A DNA stretch of 64,000 bases from Camelus dromedarius. Its lineage: Eukaryota. The stretch spans positions 24,058,001-24,122,000 of the forward strand of contig NC_087437.1 of assembly GCF_036321535.1 (NCBI RefSeq), in the 5' to 3' direction. The position numbers and the translations under genes were made by a program. The first letter of the stretch is position 1, and each line of letters begins with the position of its first letter. The notes beneath the pieces are model-generated. The model ran no database searches, was not told where the DNA came from, and saw only the letters and a list, made by a program, of their open reading frames with translations. Shown piece after piece: positions 38,546 to 51,276 of the stretch.

Positions 38546-39559
38546 ATACATATAAAGTTTAGGTTAAAATTAATGGGAAAACAAAAATTACTTACTAAGA
38601 GGTATTGAGACAGCCAGCTGTTAGCTAGCAAATTAGGGAAATAAAGAAATCTATAGAGTATCTTTGATTAGGTATCCAAGTGTAAAACATTGAAGCCACT
38701 CACATGTAAAACATGAATATATAAAACTAAGCTATTTTAATGGCAGTATTTTATAAGCAAAAGTTAAATAATTATTCTAAATTCTATTAGTCAAGGTTTT
38801 CCTTTACTCCTTTGACTTTTTTTGCTATTTGTATATCATTCTAACTCACTTTAAAAGAGTGACTTCTTTGAACCCAATTATTTTTTTAAATTTAACACTC
38901 TCTGTTTTTAATATGTGCAATGTCAGATTTTTCAGTAGAGATGAAATGCAGAATTTGGACCGTACGTTTAAAACTCTTTGCTTTTTAGAGTTGGGCTTCT
39001 GAAACATGGTTTATTTAGAGATTCTCATCAGACCTTGATTTTTCAGGTTTCTGTGATTGCTTCTCCAAAATAATCAGTGTCTGAAGGTGATGACTATAAT
39101 AAAAGTAAAATTATGCAGCCATGTAAGAAAATTCTGTGTAGGAGAATTCAGAGCTCTTAAATTTGAGGACTTAATAGCACTGCTTTAGCTTCTAAGTGAG
39201 GCCTCTACTCACTTTCCTGAGAATTTCAATATTTTTCCCCCTTTCAGACCAGATATTACAACTAAACACATTGTTAAGCTTGAGACTCTTATCCGTAGAA
39301 ATAGAGACTGCAGAAAAAAAAAAAAAACTTCCAGAATTTAAAATCATTCTCTGAATTATCAACATGGAATTTTTGTCAGAACCAAATGGTGACATAGGTA
39401 AGTTCTACCTTGGTGTTCTCAATTCTCTTTCCTCCAGGCGTCCCCGTCTTTCCTTGGGCGCCTAGAGCCTCTATGTGGTCCAATGTGAAAGTATGGAATG
39501 ACTTTGAGAGCCAGGTTGTTTCTATCTTATCAAGATTTCTTAATAATTACGTGGTATAT

Positions 39560-40090
39560 CTCTCCATGTTTCTTTAGGCTGTATTTTTAAAATGTTTTTC
39601 AATAAAGCTTAATGATTTTCCTTAAAAGTCATGTATGTTTTTTTGCTAGATTTATTCCTATGTCCTAATGATTTTGTTCGTTCTTGTAAACACTGTCACT
39701 TAAAATTTACATTTTCTAATTGTACCTTGATAGTGTAAATAATTACAATTAGTATTTGTTTATTAATCTTGTTCAACTTCACTGAACTCTTATTCATGCT
39801 AAGGATTTATCCTTACTTTCTTTTGGTTTTTCTGTGTAAATAATCATATATTCTACAAATATTTCTTTCTCATAACCTTTTACAGAATCTTTTTATGTCA
39901 TGTATTTATTAGGAGCTTCAAAACAATGTTGACTAGAAATACTGATAAAGGGAATCTTCACTTTTTCTAGTTTGTTGTAGTAATTTCCTAAAGCTTCATC
40001 ATTAAAGTGTGGTATTTTCTGTGAGATTATGGTAGATATATTAATTTAGTTAAGGGAATTCTCATCTAGTCCTAGTTTGCTAAGGTGATT
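39560..40090 (-). mobile_element. Ancient L1M ORF2 (RT-region) fragment
   Basis: ttgctagatttattccta, ctgaactcttatt, aaacaatgttgactagaa...gataaagggaatcttc, ctagtcctagtttgctaag: colinear with antisense L1 ORF2 and strongly diverged. Confidence 0.7.
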
Positions 40091-43000
40091 TATTTATTTT
40101 TGTTACATTCATTCATTTTGTTTTTTAGATTCCACATTAAGCGATAACATGAAGCATTTGTCTTTCTCTAGTGTGACTTGTTTCACTAGGTATAACACCC
40201 TCCAGGTCCATACGTGTTGTTGCAAATGTCAAAATATTCCACACACCACACCTTCTTTATTCATCCATCTGTTGATGGATACTTCGGTTGCTTTCATATC
40301 GTGGCTATTATAAATAATGCTGCTGCTATTATAAATAAATAGTTCTATTGTTAATTTTTTGAGGAAACTCCATACTGTTTCCCACAGTGGTTCTGCCAAT
40401 TTACATTCCCACCAACAGTGTACAAGGGTTCCTTTTTCTCCACATCTGGTCAGCTTTTGTTATTTATGGACTTTTTGATGACAGCCACTATGACACGTAT
40501 GAAGTGATGACTCATTGTGGTTTTGATTTGCATTTCTCTGATGATAGGTATAGTTGAGCATCTTTTCATCTGTCTGTTGGCCATCTATCTGTATGTCTTC
40601 TTTGGGAAAATGTCTAATTCAGGTCTTTGCCCATTTTTAATTGGGTTGGGTTTTGTGTGTGTGTGTGTGTGAGTTGCATAAACTGTTTATATATGTTGGA
40701 TATTAATCTTTTATTGTTATTTCATTTGAAAATATTTTCTCACATTCAATAGATTCTTTTTGTTTTTGTTGATGGTGTCCTTTACTGTGCAAAAGATTTT
40801 AAGTTTAATTAGGTACTATTTATTTATTTTTGCTTTTGTTTCCTTTGCCTTAGGTGACAGAGCCAAAAAAATATTGCTGCAATTTATGTTCTGCCTATGT
40901 TTTACTCTAGGAGTTTCATGGTTGCTGGTCTTGTATTTAGGTCTTTAGTCTATTTTGAGTTTAGTTTTGTATATAGTGTGAGAAAATGTTCTAATTCCCT
41001 TCTTTTATATGTAGCTGCCCAGTTTTCACAGCACCACTTAATGAAGAGACTGTCTTTATTCTATTGTATATTCTTGCTTCCTTGACATAGGTTAATTGAC
41101 CATAAATGCATGGGTTTATTTCTGGGCTTTCTATTATGTTCCAATGATCTGTGTGTCTGTTTTTGTGCCTGTACTTTACTGTTTTGATTACTGTAGCTTT
41201 GTAGTATAGTCTGAAGTCAGGGATCATTATACCCACACCAGCTCTGTTCTTTTTTAAAAGATTGCTTTGGCTATTCAGGGTCTTTTGTGGATCCATACAA
41301 ATTTTAAAATTATTTGTCTCAGTTCTCTGAAAAATGCCACTGGTATTTTGATAGAGAGTGCATTGACTCTGTAGATTGCCTTGGGTAATATTGTCATTTT
41401 TACAGTATTGTTAAATTCTTCCAGTCCATGAACATTAATATATCTTTCCATCTATTTGTGTCATCTACATTTTCTTTCATTAGTGTCTTATAGTTTTCCA
41501 AGTACAGATCTTTTACCTCCTTAGATAAAATTTACTCCTAGATATTTTATTCTTTTTGATGTGATTTTAAATGGTTCTGTCTCCTTAATTTCTCTTTCTG
41601 ATAGTTTACCGATAGTGTTTAGAAATGCAACAGATTTCTGAGTATTAATTTGTATCCTGCAACTTGACTGAATTCATTGATGAGCTCTAGTAGTTTTTTG
41701 GTGGCATCTTTAGGATTTGTCATATATAGTATCATGTCATCTGCAAACAGTGACACTTTTACTTCTTCTTTTGAAATTTTGATTCCTTTTATTTATTTAT
41801 TTTTTCTTGTTTGATTGCTATGGCTAGGACTTCCAATACTATGTTGATTAAAAGTGGTGAGAGTGAATGTCCTTGTCTTGTTCCTGATCTTAGGGGAAAT
41901 ACTTTCAACTTTTCAGCATTGAGTATGATATTATCATATATGGTCTTTTTTATTGAGGTATGTTCCCTTTATACCCACTTTGTGGAGAGTTTTTATCATA
42001 AATAGATGTTGAATATTGTCAAAAACTTTTTCTGGGTCTATTGAAATGGTCATATGGTATTTGCTCTTTAATTTGTTAATGTAGTGTATCGTATTGATTA
42101 ATTTGCAGGTATTGAACCATTCTTGAATGCCTGGGATAAATCGACTTAATCACAGTTTATGATCCTTCTAATGTATTGTTGAATTTGTTTTGCAGGTATT
42201 TTTTGAGGGCTTTTGCATCTATGTTCATCAGTGATATTTCCCTGTAATTTTCTTTTTTTGTGATATCATTATCTGGTTTTGGTATTAGGATACTGCTGTT
42301 CTCATAGAATGAGTTGGAAGTGTTCTTTCCTCTGCAATTTTTGAATCGGTTGAGAAGGATAGATGTTATCTCTTTAAATATTTTGTAGAATTCACCCCAA
42401 AGCCATCTAAACTTAGATTTTTGTTTGCTGGGAATATTTTTATTTCTGATTCAATTTTGTTACTGGTAAAGTCTGTTCATACTTTATTTTCTTCCTGTTA
42501 GACCTGGGAAGGTGTACATTTCTGGGATTTGTCTATTTCTTCTAGGTTTTCCATTATATTGGCATATAGTTGTTTGTAGTAATCTCTTATGACCCTTTGT
42601 TATTTCTGTGGTGTTGGTTGTAACTTTTTTTATTTTTTCATTTCAGATTTTATTGATTTGGGCCCCCTCTCTTTTTTTTCCCCCCCTCATGAGCTGATTA
42701 AGTTTTATCAATGTTTTTAATCTTTTTAAAAAAAAAACTCTCAGTTTTATTGATCTGTTCCATTGTTTTTTAGTCTGTGATTCATTTATTTCTGCTCTGA
42801 TCTTAATCTTTCCTTCTACTAACTTTGGATTTTGTTTGTTCTTCTTTCTCTGGTTCCTTTATGTGTAAAGTTAGGTTGTTTATTGGAGATTTTTTTTATT
42901 TCCTGAAGTAAGCTTGTATGGCTGTAAACTTTCCTATGCTGTGTTCCATAGATTTGGATCACTGTGTTTTCTTTTTTGTGTCCAAATATTTTTTGGCTTC

Positions 43001-43140
43001 TTTGATTTCTTCAGTGATCCATTGTTTGTTTATTGGCATATTGGTTAACCTTTGCATGTTTGTAGTTTTTGCATTTTTTTCTTGTAGTTATTTTTTAGTC
43101 TCGTGGCATCATGGTCATAATTCTTAAACTTACCAAGGCT

Positions 43141-43144
<4 letters not shown>

Positions 43145-43172
<28 letters not shown>
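43145..43172. repeat. (TG)14 microsatellite inside L1
   Basis: Read directly; a shorter (TG)n lies at ~40654-40671. Confidence 0.95.
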
Positions 43173-43293
43173 GCTTAGCATGTGATCCATCGTGTAGAAT
43201 ATTTCACGTACACCTGCAAAGAATGTGTATTCTGCTCTTTTTAGATGGAATGTTTTATAAATAAATAAATATATATATATATATATATATATG

Positions 43294-43369
43294 AATGACA
43301 CATTAGGACGGATGAACTTAATATATATATAAGATAAGAGAATAAGTTCATCCGTCCTAATGTGTCATT
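43294..43369. repeat. Perfect 27-bp inverted repeat with 22-nt spacer, next to (TA)n
   Basis: AATGACACATTAGGACGGATGAACTTA (43294-43320) is the exact reverse complement of 43343-43369. Confidence 0.97.
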
Positions 43370-43800
43370 TAAAACCAGTGTTTCCTTACTAGTTTTCTGT
43401 TTAGATGATCTGTCCATTGATGTAAGTGGGGTGTTAATTTCCCCCACTATTATTGTATTACTGTCAAGTTCTACCTTTATGTCTGTTAATACTTGCTTTA
43501 TGTATTGAGGTGGTCATATGTTGGGCACATCTGTTTACAATCATTATATCTTCTAGGATTGACCCCTTAATCATTATGTAATGTCCTTCTTTGTCTCTTG
43601 TAACAGTCTTTGTTTAAAAGCCTATTTTGTCTGATAATAAGTATTGCTACCCTGACTTTATTTTGATTTCTATTTGCATGGAATGCCTTTTTCCATCCCC
43701 TCACTTTCAGTCTGTGTTTGTTTCTAGATATAAAGTGAGTCTCTTGTAGTCAGTATATATATGAATCTGTATTTGTTTTAATCCATTTAGCCAGTCTGTC

Positions 43801-44788
43801 TTTTTTTATTGAAGTATAGTCAGTTTACAATGTTATGTCAATTTCTGGTGTACAGCATAATAGTTCATTCATACAAATATATACATATATTTTTTTCATA
43901 TTCTTTCTCTTTATAGGTTACTACAAGGTATTAAATATAGTTCCCTGTGCTATACAGTGTAAATTTGTTGTTTAATCTATTTTATATATACTACTATCTG
44001 CATATCTTGAACCCTCAATTTATCCCTCCCTGCCCCAGTCACCATAAGTTTGTTTTCTATGTCCATGAGTTTATTTCTGGTTTGTAAATCAGTTCATTTG
44101 TCTTCTTCTTAGATTCCACATTTAAGTGATATCATATGGTGATCTTCTTTCTCTTTCTGGCCTACTTCACTTAGAATGACAATCTCCAGATCCATCCATG
44201 TTGCTGCAAATGGCATTATTTTATTATTTTTATGGCTGAGTAGTATTACACTGTATAAATATACCAAACCTTTATCTAGTCATCTGTCGAATGTCATTTA
44301 GTTTACTTCCATGTCTTAGAAATTGTAAACAGTGCTGCTATGAATATTGGGGGGTATGTATCTTTTCAAATTAGGGTTTCCTCCAGATATGTGCCCAGGA
44401 ATGGGATTGCCGGATCATATGATAAGTCTATTTTTAGTTTTTTGAGGAATCTCCATACTGTTTTCTATAATGGCTGCGTCAAACTACATTCCAACCAACT
44501 GTGTAGGAGGGTTCCCTTTTCTCCACAACCTCTCCAGCATTTATTGTTTGTGGACTTTTTAATGATAGCCATTCTGACTGGTGTGATGTGATACCTCATT
44601 ATAGTTTTGATTTGTATTTGTCTGATAGTTAGTGATATTGAGCATTTTTTCATGTGCCTATTGGCCATTTGCATGTCTTCATTAGAGAAATGCTTGTTTA
44701 GGTCTTCTGCACTTTTTTGGATGGGGTGTTTGTTTTTTTCTTATTAAGTTGTTTGAGCTGTTTATATATTCTGGAAATTAAGCCCTTG
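43801..44788 (-). mobile_element. L1 3' end (~1 kb, 5'-truncated), younger than the adjacent L1
   Basis: T-tract plus 3'UTR. ORF 44465..44674(-) gives [51 protein letters not shown]. Confidence 0.95.
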
Positions 44789-46304
44789 GAAAGTGACTGA
44801 ATGTTGAATGGGAAAAAACTCTGTGAGTCAAGGCTTGAGAATTAAGGTCATTGTGGATGAGGATATATCCTAAAGGAATCACGTCTGCTTATGTGACAAT
44901 GAGATTTTCCGAGTTCCAAACTGCATCTTCGACATCTGAATGCAGCAGGTGAACCAGAAGGGACAGAGTCCCACATATGGGTGCCACATATATATATAGC
45001 TGCATTTGCTACTGTGCATTGGCTAAAGGACAGTAAGCATGCTTAGCATCTCAAGTTAGTTGACATTTACCGGAATACAAACTAGAATATTAACTCTTAT
45101 ACCACTCTATTTACTCCCTTCAATCTTAGCTCTTTCTATAATGAAATAGGCTGCTAATTTGGCTTCCTGCAAACATGGTCTAGGAAGTAGAAACCCACAA
45201 ATGTGATTTTAATTAATAGAAACTTATTCAGTGGGCCTTCGATTATAGGTGGGATAAAACAAACTGACATCACTTGAACCCATAATTATAAGAACTCCTG
45301 AAGAACATGTACACTGACTTTAAACCACAGTGTCATTTTGTACCGCTCCTCCCTTAGCTAACATAATCTTTTAACCCACAGAACATTCTTCTGCGTGATA
45401 GGTCCCTATACTTGATGAGTGGCTTTAGAAACATTGGTGGTTTTGCATCGGCAGTTACAGTAACTAGAGAAGAATTATTGCTTCCTTAACTTTGTGGCTC
45501 TGTATGTCAACAGAAAAAAATAGCTAGAAAAATCAAAGCCAGATGGCTCTAGAGGAAATGCCTCTAATACTTCGGCTGTTTTTAAGACACCCTGGGAGGA
45601 ATTCTTTTACGGCTGGTCACCATGGCCCTGCTTTACTGGCCCATCTGTTCCCTAGATCTTGTTTAAAACCACTTGTGGCCCCAGTTAACTTTAACTGAGC
45701 AGCAAAGTACCTGATTCTGACTCCATAGTGCCTCATAAAAAAATATCTTTGGTGGCATAAGTGAGTAAAGAACAGACAAGGCAATATGGTGAATATGCGG
45801 CTCATAGACTAATTATACCTCAGCTGAAACAAAAGGGAAACATTTAAGACAACCTGATGGATCATTTTTAAATCAGCAGACCTGTCTCCTGTTTCTTCAC
45901 AAGAAGTAACCTTTTGGCAATGGGAAACCTAAGACAGATGTGAAAATTAATCTCCTTCTCCAGCAACCTGCCTGAGATCATCCTTTATAATTTTGCTCAA
46001 TCACTTATCTAAGAGTGATAAGGCATGGGGGTGACAGTCTCTGTGTGATACACAACTTTCTCAGTTTCAATAAGGTTAATAGATAGGATTGCTAGGAAAT
46101 GATCATGTCTGGTAAACCCAACAGCATATTGGTAAAATAGCTGTCTAAGATGGGGAAAGGCCCTAATTCTATAGGCTGTGCAGAGTTTCATCATGAAAGC
46201 CATGGCCCATTTAAAGCTATCAGTGGTTTAAGAACAGGCTTGCAAAATTCCTGAATATGTAAAATTCGGCTCTAAAAGCCTTAATTTAGTGAGCTCCAGC
46301 TCAC

Positions 46305-46440
46305 CTCTGGACATGTTGCAAATAACCAGCACAGTCATGGTTTATAGCAGTGTAGTTTGAAATGGAATCAATTTCTTGCAAAGTCATGATAGGAAGGAAT
46401 CTAATACATACAATAGGTATGACATTGCCTGGAAAGGTTT
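46305..46440 (-). other. Candidate 136-nt internal exon of an unidentified minus-strand transcript
   Basis: Minus-strand acceptor ctcaccccctcccttttttttttttgtttgcag| and donor GAG|gtgagc; one reading frame is open throughout; no repeat similarity noticed. Confidence 0.45.
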
Positions 46441-47484
46441 CTGCAAACAAAAAAAAAAAAGGGAGGGGGTGAGTTTGGTTCAAAGACTTTTTATTGCTTT
46501 TCACAAGCTAGTAAGGACATTGTTGGGTTAAGTTGCATAGGAATTTTCCTATACAACTTCAGTATTTAGGATAGCTTAAAAGACTTAGACAAAATTGAAA
46601 TATAGTGTCGGTGGTCAGTTTTAGGTGACAGTACAAGGTAAAAATGCACTGAATGCTCCTAATATATAGTCATAAAAATTATAGTAGGAAATAGGTGATT
46701 TCACCATTTAAATACATCTCTGTTTCTCTAAATTCATTTGTTCCTCTCACTGGTGATGCTTCTACTTCGCAATGGAATTTAAGAATGAATGTATAGATAG
46801 CTATGCATATTTGGGGCTGTTGGTATCTGGGGGCTGTTGCCAAAAGGAACGGAAGAAGTGACAAAGATGCAAACCATAAAGCACCTGAAAGGTTTCAAGT
46901 TCTTCAGAATGGAACAGAGGGATCTGATTACAGAGTTTGAGTTTATTGGTGCTTCATTTTCTCCTTTGCAAAATTCTATGAAAATTATCATCCAAGTAAT
47001 TAGTAAGCAAAAACTGAAACAAAACCCCCAATATTTTTCATATTGTCATGTTGCATTGACAAGTCCAGGACCTGTTTTCCAAGAGTAGAATCTTTATATT
47101 AAAAATGGCTAAAAAGAGATGTGTGTCTTGTTGACAAGCAGTGGGTAGTTTTTACATGTTCATGCCATCTCTCATCTTTTTTTCTTGTTTGTTTGTTTTC
47201 AGAAGGGTTGATTTTATTACTTGATGAGCTAACTTACAACCAGAAACATTCCAAAAAAAAAAAATGACTTCAGCTATTTTGAGTAGTTTGATTTGAAGTT
47301 AATATAAAGCACAGAAATACATTTTGGTGTAAGTCAATGTGAGAAATTTTTGAAATGAGTTTTTAATAAGTTGGATGTTGAAATATTTTGCATTTTGGTA
47401 AACTTGCTATATATAATTTTTTCTTCTTTTTTTCATTTTCATTAACTCTGTGAAATCACCCTATTCTAAAAAAAAAAAAAAAAC

Positions 47485-47650
47485 AGTGAGTGGCTGGATT
47501 AGGAGAATAGTACTCTGATACTTGATTTCCTGCATTGAAATCCCAGTTGCTTGGGCATTATACTTCATTTACCACATCTATAAATAAGTATTATAATAAT
47601 AGTATCTTCTCCATGTGGTTGTTATGAAGATTAAGTTGGTTAACATATAT
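47485..47650 (+). mobile_element. MIR SINE
   Basis: ttgaaatcccag...catctataaa...ataatagtatct...ggttgttatgaagattaagttggttaacatat. Confidence 0.6.
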
Positions 47651-48147
47651 ATTTTAACAGAAATAATCCCATACTAAAAGTTTTCTTCTGAAATTTGCTT
47701 TTCTGACTTAGTGATATAGTTTGTTCATTTCATCTGTCATTTTGATTCTTTATAAGAGCTTCCTGATATGTGTATTGACATACATTTTGACATACATTTT
47801 TCAAAACATTTTCTACTATGAACAGTGCTGAAATGGTTATTCTAACTTAGTTAAAGAAATTCTGTACTTTGAGTTCTTAGGGTTACTAGTGTATCTACAG
47901 CCAATAATCAACTTATAAATGTTTAAAAACACTAACAATGAGAACTTTTACCTAATGGTTAATAGCTTATTCACAGTTTAACTAGAAATTTAAGGTTGAA
48001 AATGTATTCTCTATTACCAGGGTATGGGTAACTGCTATTTGAAGTGTATTCATTTGGATGTATTTGAAAGAGTTACATATATAATACTTGGAATGTAGTA
48101 TGCAGTCCTGTTTTCCCTTTTGCATGGAAAGATGAGCTACACCATTC

Positions 48148-49002
48148 AAAAATGCTCTATGTAGCTAATTATCAGAGAAATGCAAATCAAAACTATAATG
48201 AGGTATCACCTCACACCAGTCAGAATGGCCATCATTCAAAAGTCTACAAATAAATGCTGGAGAGAGAGTAGAAAAAAAGAGAACCCTCCTGCACTGTTGG
48301 TGGGGATGTAATTTGGTGCAGCCACTGTGGAGGACAGTATGGAGATTCCTCAAAAAACTAAAAATAGACTTACCATATGATCTAGCAATCCCATTCCTGG
48401 GCGTATGTCCAGAGAAAACTATAATTCAAAAAGACACATGCACCCCAATGTTAATAGTAGCACTGTTTAAAATAGCCAAGACGTGGAAACAACCTCAATG
48501 TCCATCAGCAGATGACTGGATAAAGATGTGGTATATTTATACAGTGGAATATTAGTCAGCCATAAAAATGAATGAAATAATGCCATTTGCAGCAACGTGG
48601 ATGGACCTAGAGATGATCATTTTGAGTGAATTAAGTCAGATAGAGAAAGACAAATATCATATGATATCACTTATATGTGGAATCTAAAAAAAGTGATACA
48701 AATTCTATTTATAGGCCAAAAACAGACTCACAGACGTAGAAAACAAACTATGGCTACCAAAGGGGAAAGGACAAGAAGGGATAAATTAAGGGCTGGGGAT
48801 TAACAGACACATATTACTATATATAAAACAGATAAACAACAAGGACCTACTGTATAGCCTAGGGAACTATATTCAATTCTTTGTATTAACATGCAATGGA
48901 AAAGAATCTGAAAAATACGTATGTATGTATATATATAACTGAATCACTTTACTGTACACATGAAACCAACATTGTGAATCAACTACATTTCAATAAAAAA
49001 AA
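48148..49002 (+). mobile_element. L1 3' end (~0.85 kb, 5'-truncated)
   Basis: ORF 48313..48555 gives [55 protein letters not shown]; it ends with AATAAA/A-tail. Confidence 0.95.
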
Positions 49003-51276
49003 TTTTTTTAAGAATTATTTCACTCACCCAGGGATATATAAATGGAATAAGTGAAACTGGTGTAAATCTTAAGCATTCTTTATCTTTGCAAGAGGCAATG
49101 CCAAGGTCAAGCTACACCAGAGCTTTAGAACTACTATCACTCCTAGAAGGACCTCTGATTTGGGGTCCTTGGAGCCCTAGTTTTGTCTTCTGTATGAATT
49201 CCTGAGTCAAGGTGTATGATGAGAAGTCTTCTACTTAGTGGTGATAACTACTGAATGGTCCTGTAAAGTAAAACAAATAGACTTTCCAAGATGAAAAATA
49301 TCAGAAAAAGAGATTTCCAAGAGGGTCTGTTTTTAGCAAGGGTAGAGGAAACCAACATGCGCATATGTTGCAGGCATACATACAGAACCTCTTTGTGGTT
49401 TCACAGGAAAAGGTGGTAAGCCAACCTCAGCATGATAGCAATTATTTATAAAGAATAATGCATTCTCAACTTCAGTGTGATAGTGTTTATATTTTTAGGT
49501 ACAGTGTGATTTTTAAGACTGTTGGGTTGGTAATTAAAATTAAGGTAGGTGCATGAATAATTCATGATGAAAGAAAATGGCTTATCTATATAAAAATGAT
49601 CCTACTAGTCAGGTATTGAGGAATTTTATAAAGGTATTATTTCCTTTCAGAAATTCATTACCTCTGATAAAAAAGTGTTAGAGAACATACTTTTTAAAGT
49701 AAAAGTAAATCTGTCTGTTGAAACATTTCAGTGTGGTTGGAACTCATTGATTCATCTATTCCTCAGGGTTCCGAATGGGGAAATGATTATTGAAGCACAA
49801 ACCAAAATAAAATCTTGAAATGATTTTAGTTATGTCAACTAAAAGAAGCATAATTTTGGAGGCGTTTGTAGTTATTCCAATGCCCATTAGTCAATTTTAA
49901 TTTAGGGTAATTTTATATTTCTTTATAACATTAAAGAATCTTTGGATTAAATTTTAAATCTTGAACAGCAGTGGATTTAAACATTTAGAGTAAGAACAGC
50001 TAAACTTAAGGTAATGTTTTTAGTTGAAAGATCAAATTTAAAGCAAAAGATATGCTGTCTGGTCTCATCATTTTATAATCACTTTGTGACAGATCATAAA
50101 TTACAGGCAAATCCAGGACTCAGCCCTTGTGTTCTGATCCTACTTGTCAGGGTTTCCTCCAAAACCTCGGTGCCTCACTGCAGTTCACATTTGAGTGGGG
50201 CACGCAAGAAACGAGAGCCTACCTGCAGCCATGATGAAACCCCAATCATGAAATCTTACTCATTGTCCTTGTATTCCATTATGCTTCTAATCCTACGAAG
50301 CATAGGTTAGTGTCTGAAATCCTCTTGAATGAGGTTTTTGTTAATATTTTTCCATGGTAACTTACTTGGTCTTGGATCTGGGGAATATATTCCTCTTATT
50401 TGGGATATTTAATTCTCTGAGTCTATGATGTGTTGATTAATTCCTGCTTCTTTAGCTACAATAATCTATACATAACATCTAAACAAAATTAGTAAAGGCT
50501 CAAGAATAGTCTTTTGCCTGCATATTCTGTATCATCATTTAAACACTAAGCCTACTTATAAAAATTAGACCATAGTAAGACTATTACATATATAAATTTA
50601 ATTTTCTGAACCATTATTTAAAAGGTCCTAAAACAGCAGACAACAGATTAGGTGTATTTCTATTAAAATAGGAAGGAATTTTAGAATCAGAAGACAATTT
50701 TAATGTCAAATTTTGTCACATGGAATTGTAATAATTATATATTGATCATTTTGACAACTGTTTTTGGTCATTGAGAGTAAAATTCTCCATAAATAAGTAA
50801 CAAATTAATGGTTACAATAAGAAAAAATTCTTAACAGATTAAATTACCTTGTATTTAACCAGAAATCCTTACTACTTATGTTGATAACTTCTCCAATTTT
50901 TCAGTTTAGTTTCATTATAATATAGATAACAAATTAGCCATGCATAGTATTTAGTTAAAAAAATTATGTAGAACATATTTGTATGTATGTTCATAGTACT
51001 ATATTTTCTCATAAAAATAACTAGTAATATAGTAACATACATAGCACCCTTTACAATTGCATAATTGCAAGATTCAAGGCCAATAAACCTTTAGAGACAA
51101 GACATGATTCACTTTGACTGTAAAATCAGTTGGGAGAGGTTGAGGGGTGTGAACACCTCTAAAATCAGAAGCAAGGGAGAGGCTCTCAGGGTATAGCTTC
51201 CTGGAGTAGAGGAAACATGCACAAGTCACTTGTAATCTGCATGTTCACTGCCTGACTCGAGTCAGGTGAGATTAGT

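Larger units (their letters stand above)
40091..43800 (-). mobile_element. ~3.7 kb decayed L1 covering almost all of ORF2 (endonuclease, RT, C-terminal domains); non-functional
   Basis: ORFs 43241..43447 (G.INTPLTSMDRSSKQK..KET..LNDTL, endonuclease region) and 40991..41296 (PDFRLYYKATVIKT...[18 protein letters not shown]). 43650-43800 antisense encodes the RLA.WIK...LQETHF...LKVRGWKK.FHAN block. Many frameshifts and stops. Confidence 0.95.

Noticed and set aside
40091..43800. Reverse transcriptase/endonuclease coding capacity
   Set aside because: Ordinary L1 ORF2, broken by many stops, frameshifts and microsatellites; neither active nor novel.
47775..47798. TTGACATACATT tandem duplication
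   Set aside because: A simple 12-bp slippage duplication in an old repeat remnant.
51214..51266. 16-bp perfect palindrome CCTGACTCGAGTCAGG (51251-51266) and an adjacent small hairpin
   Set aside because: About one 8-bp-arm palindrome is expected by chance in 64 kb, and there is no other support.
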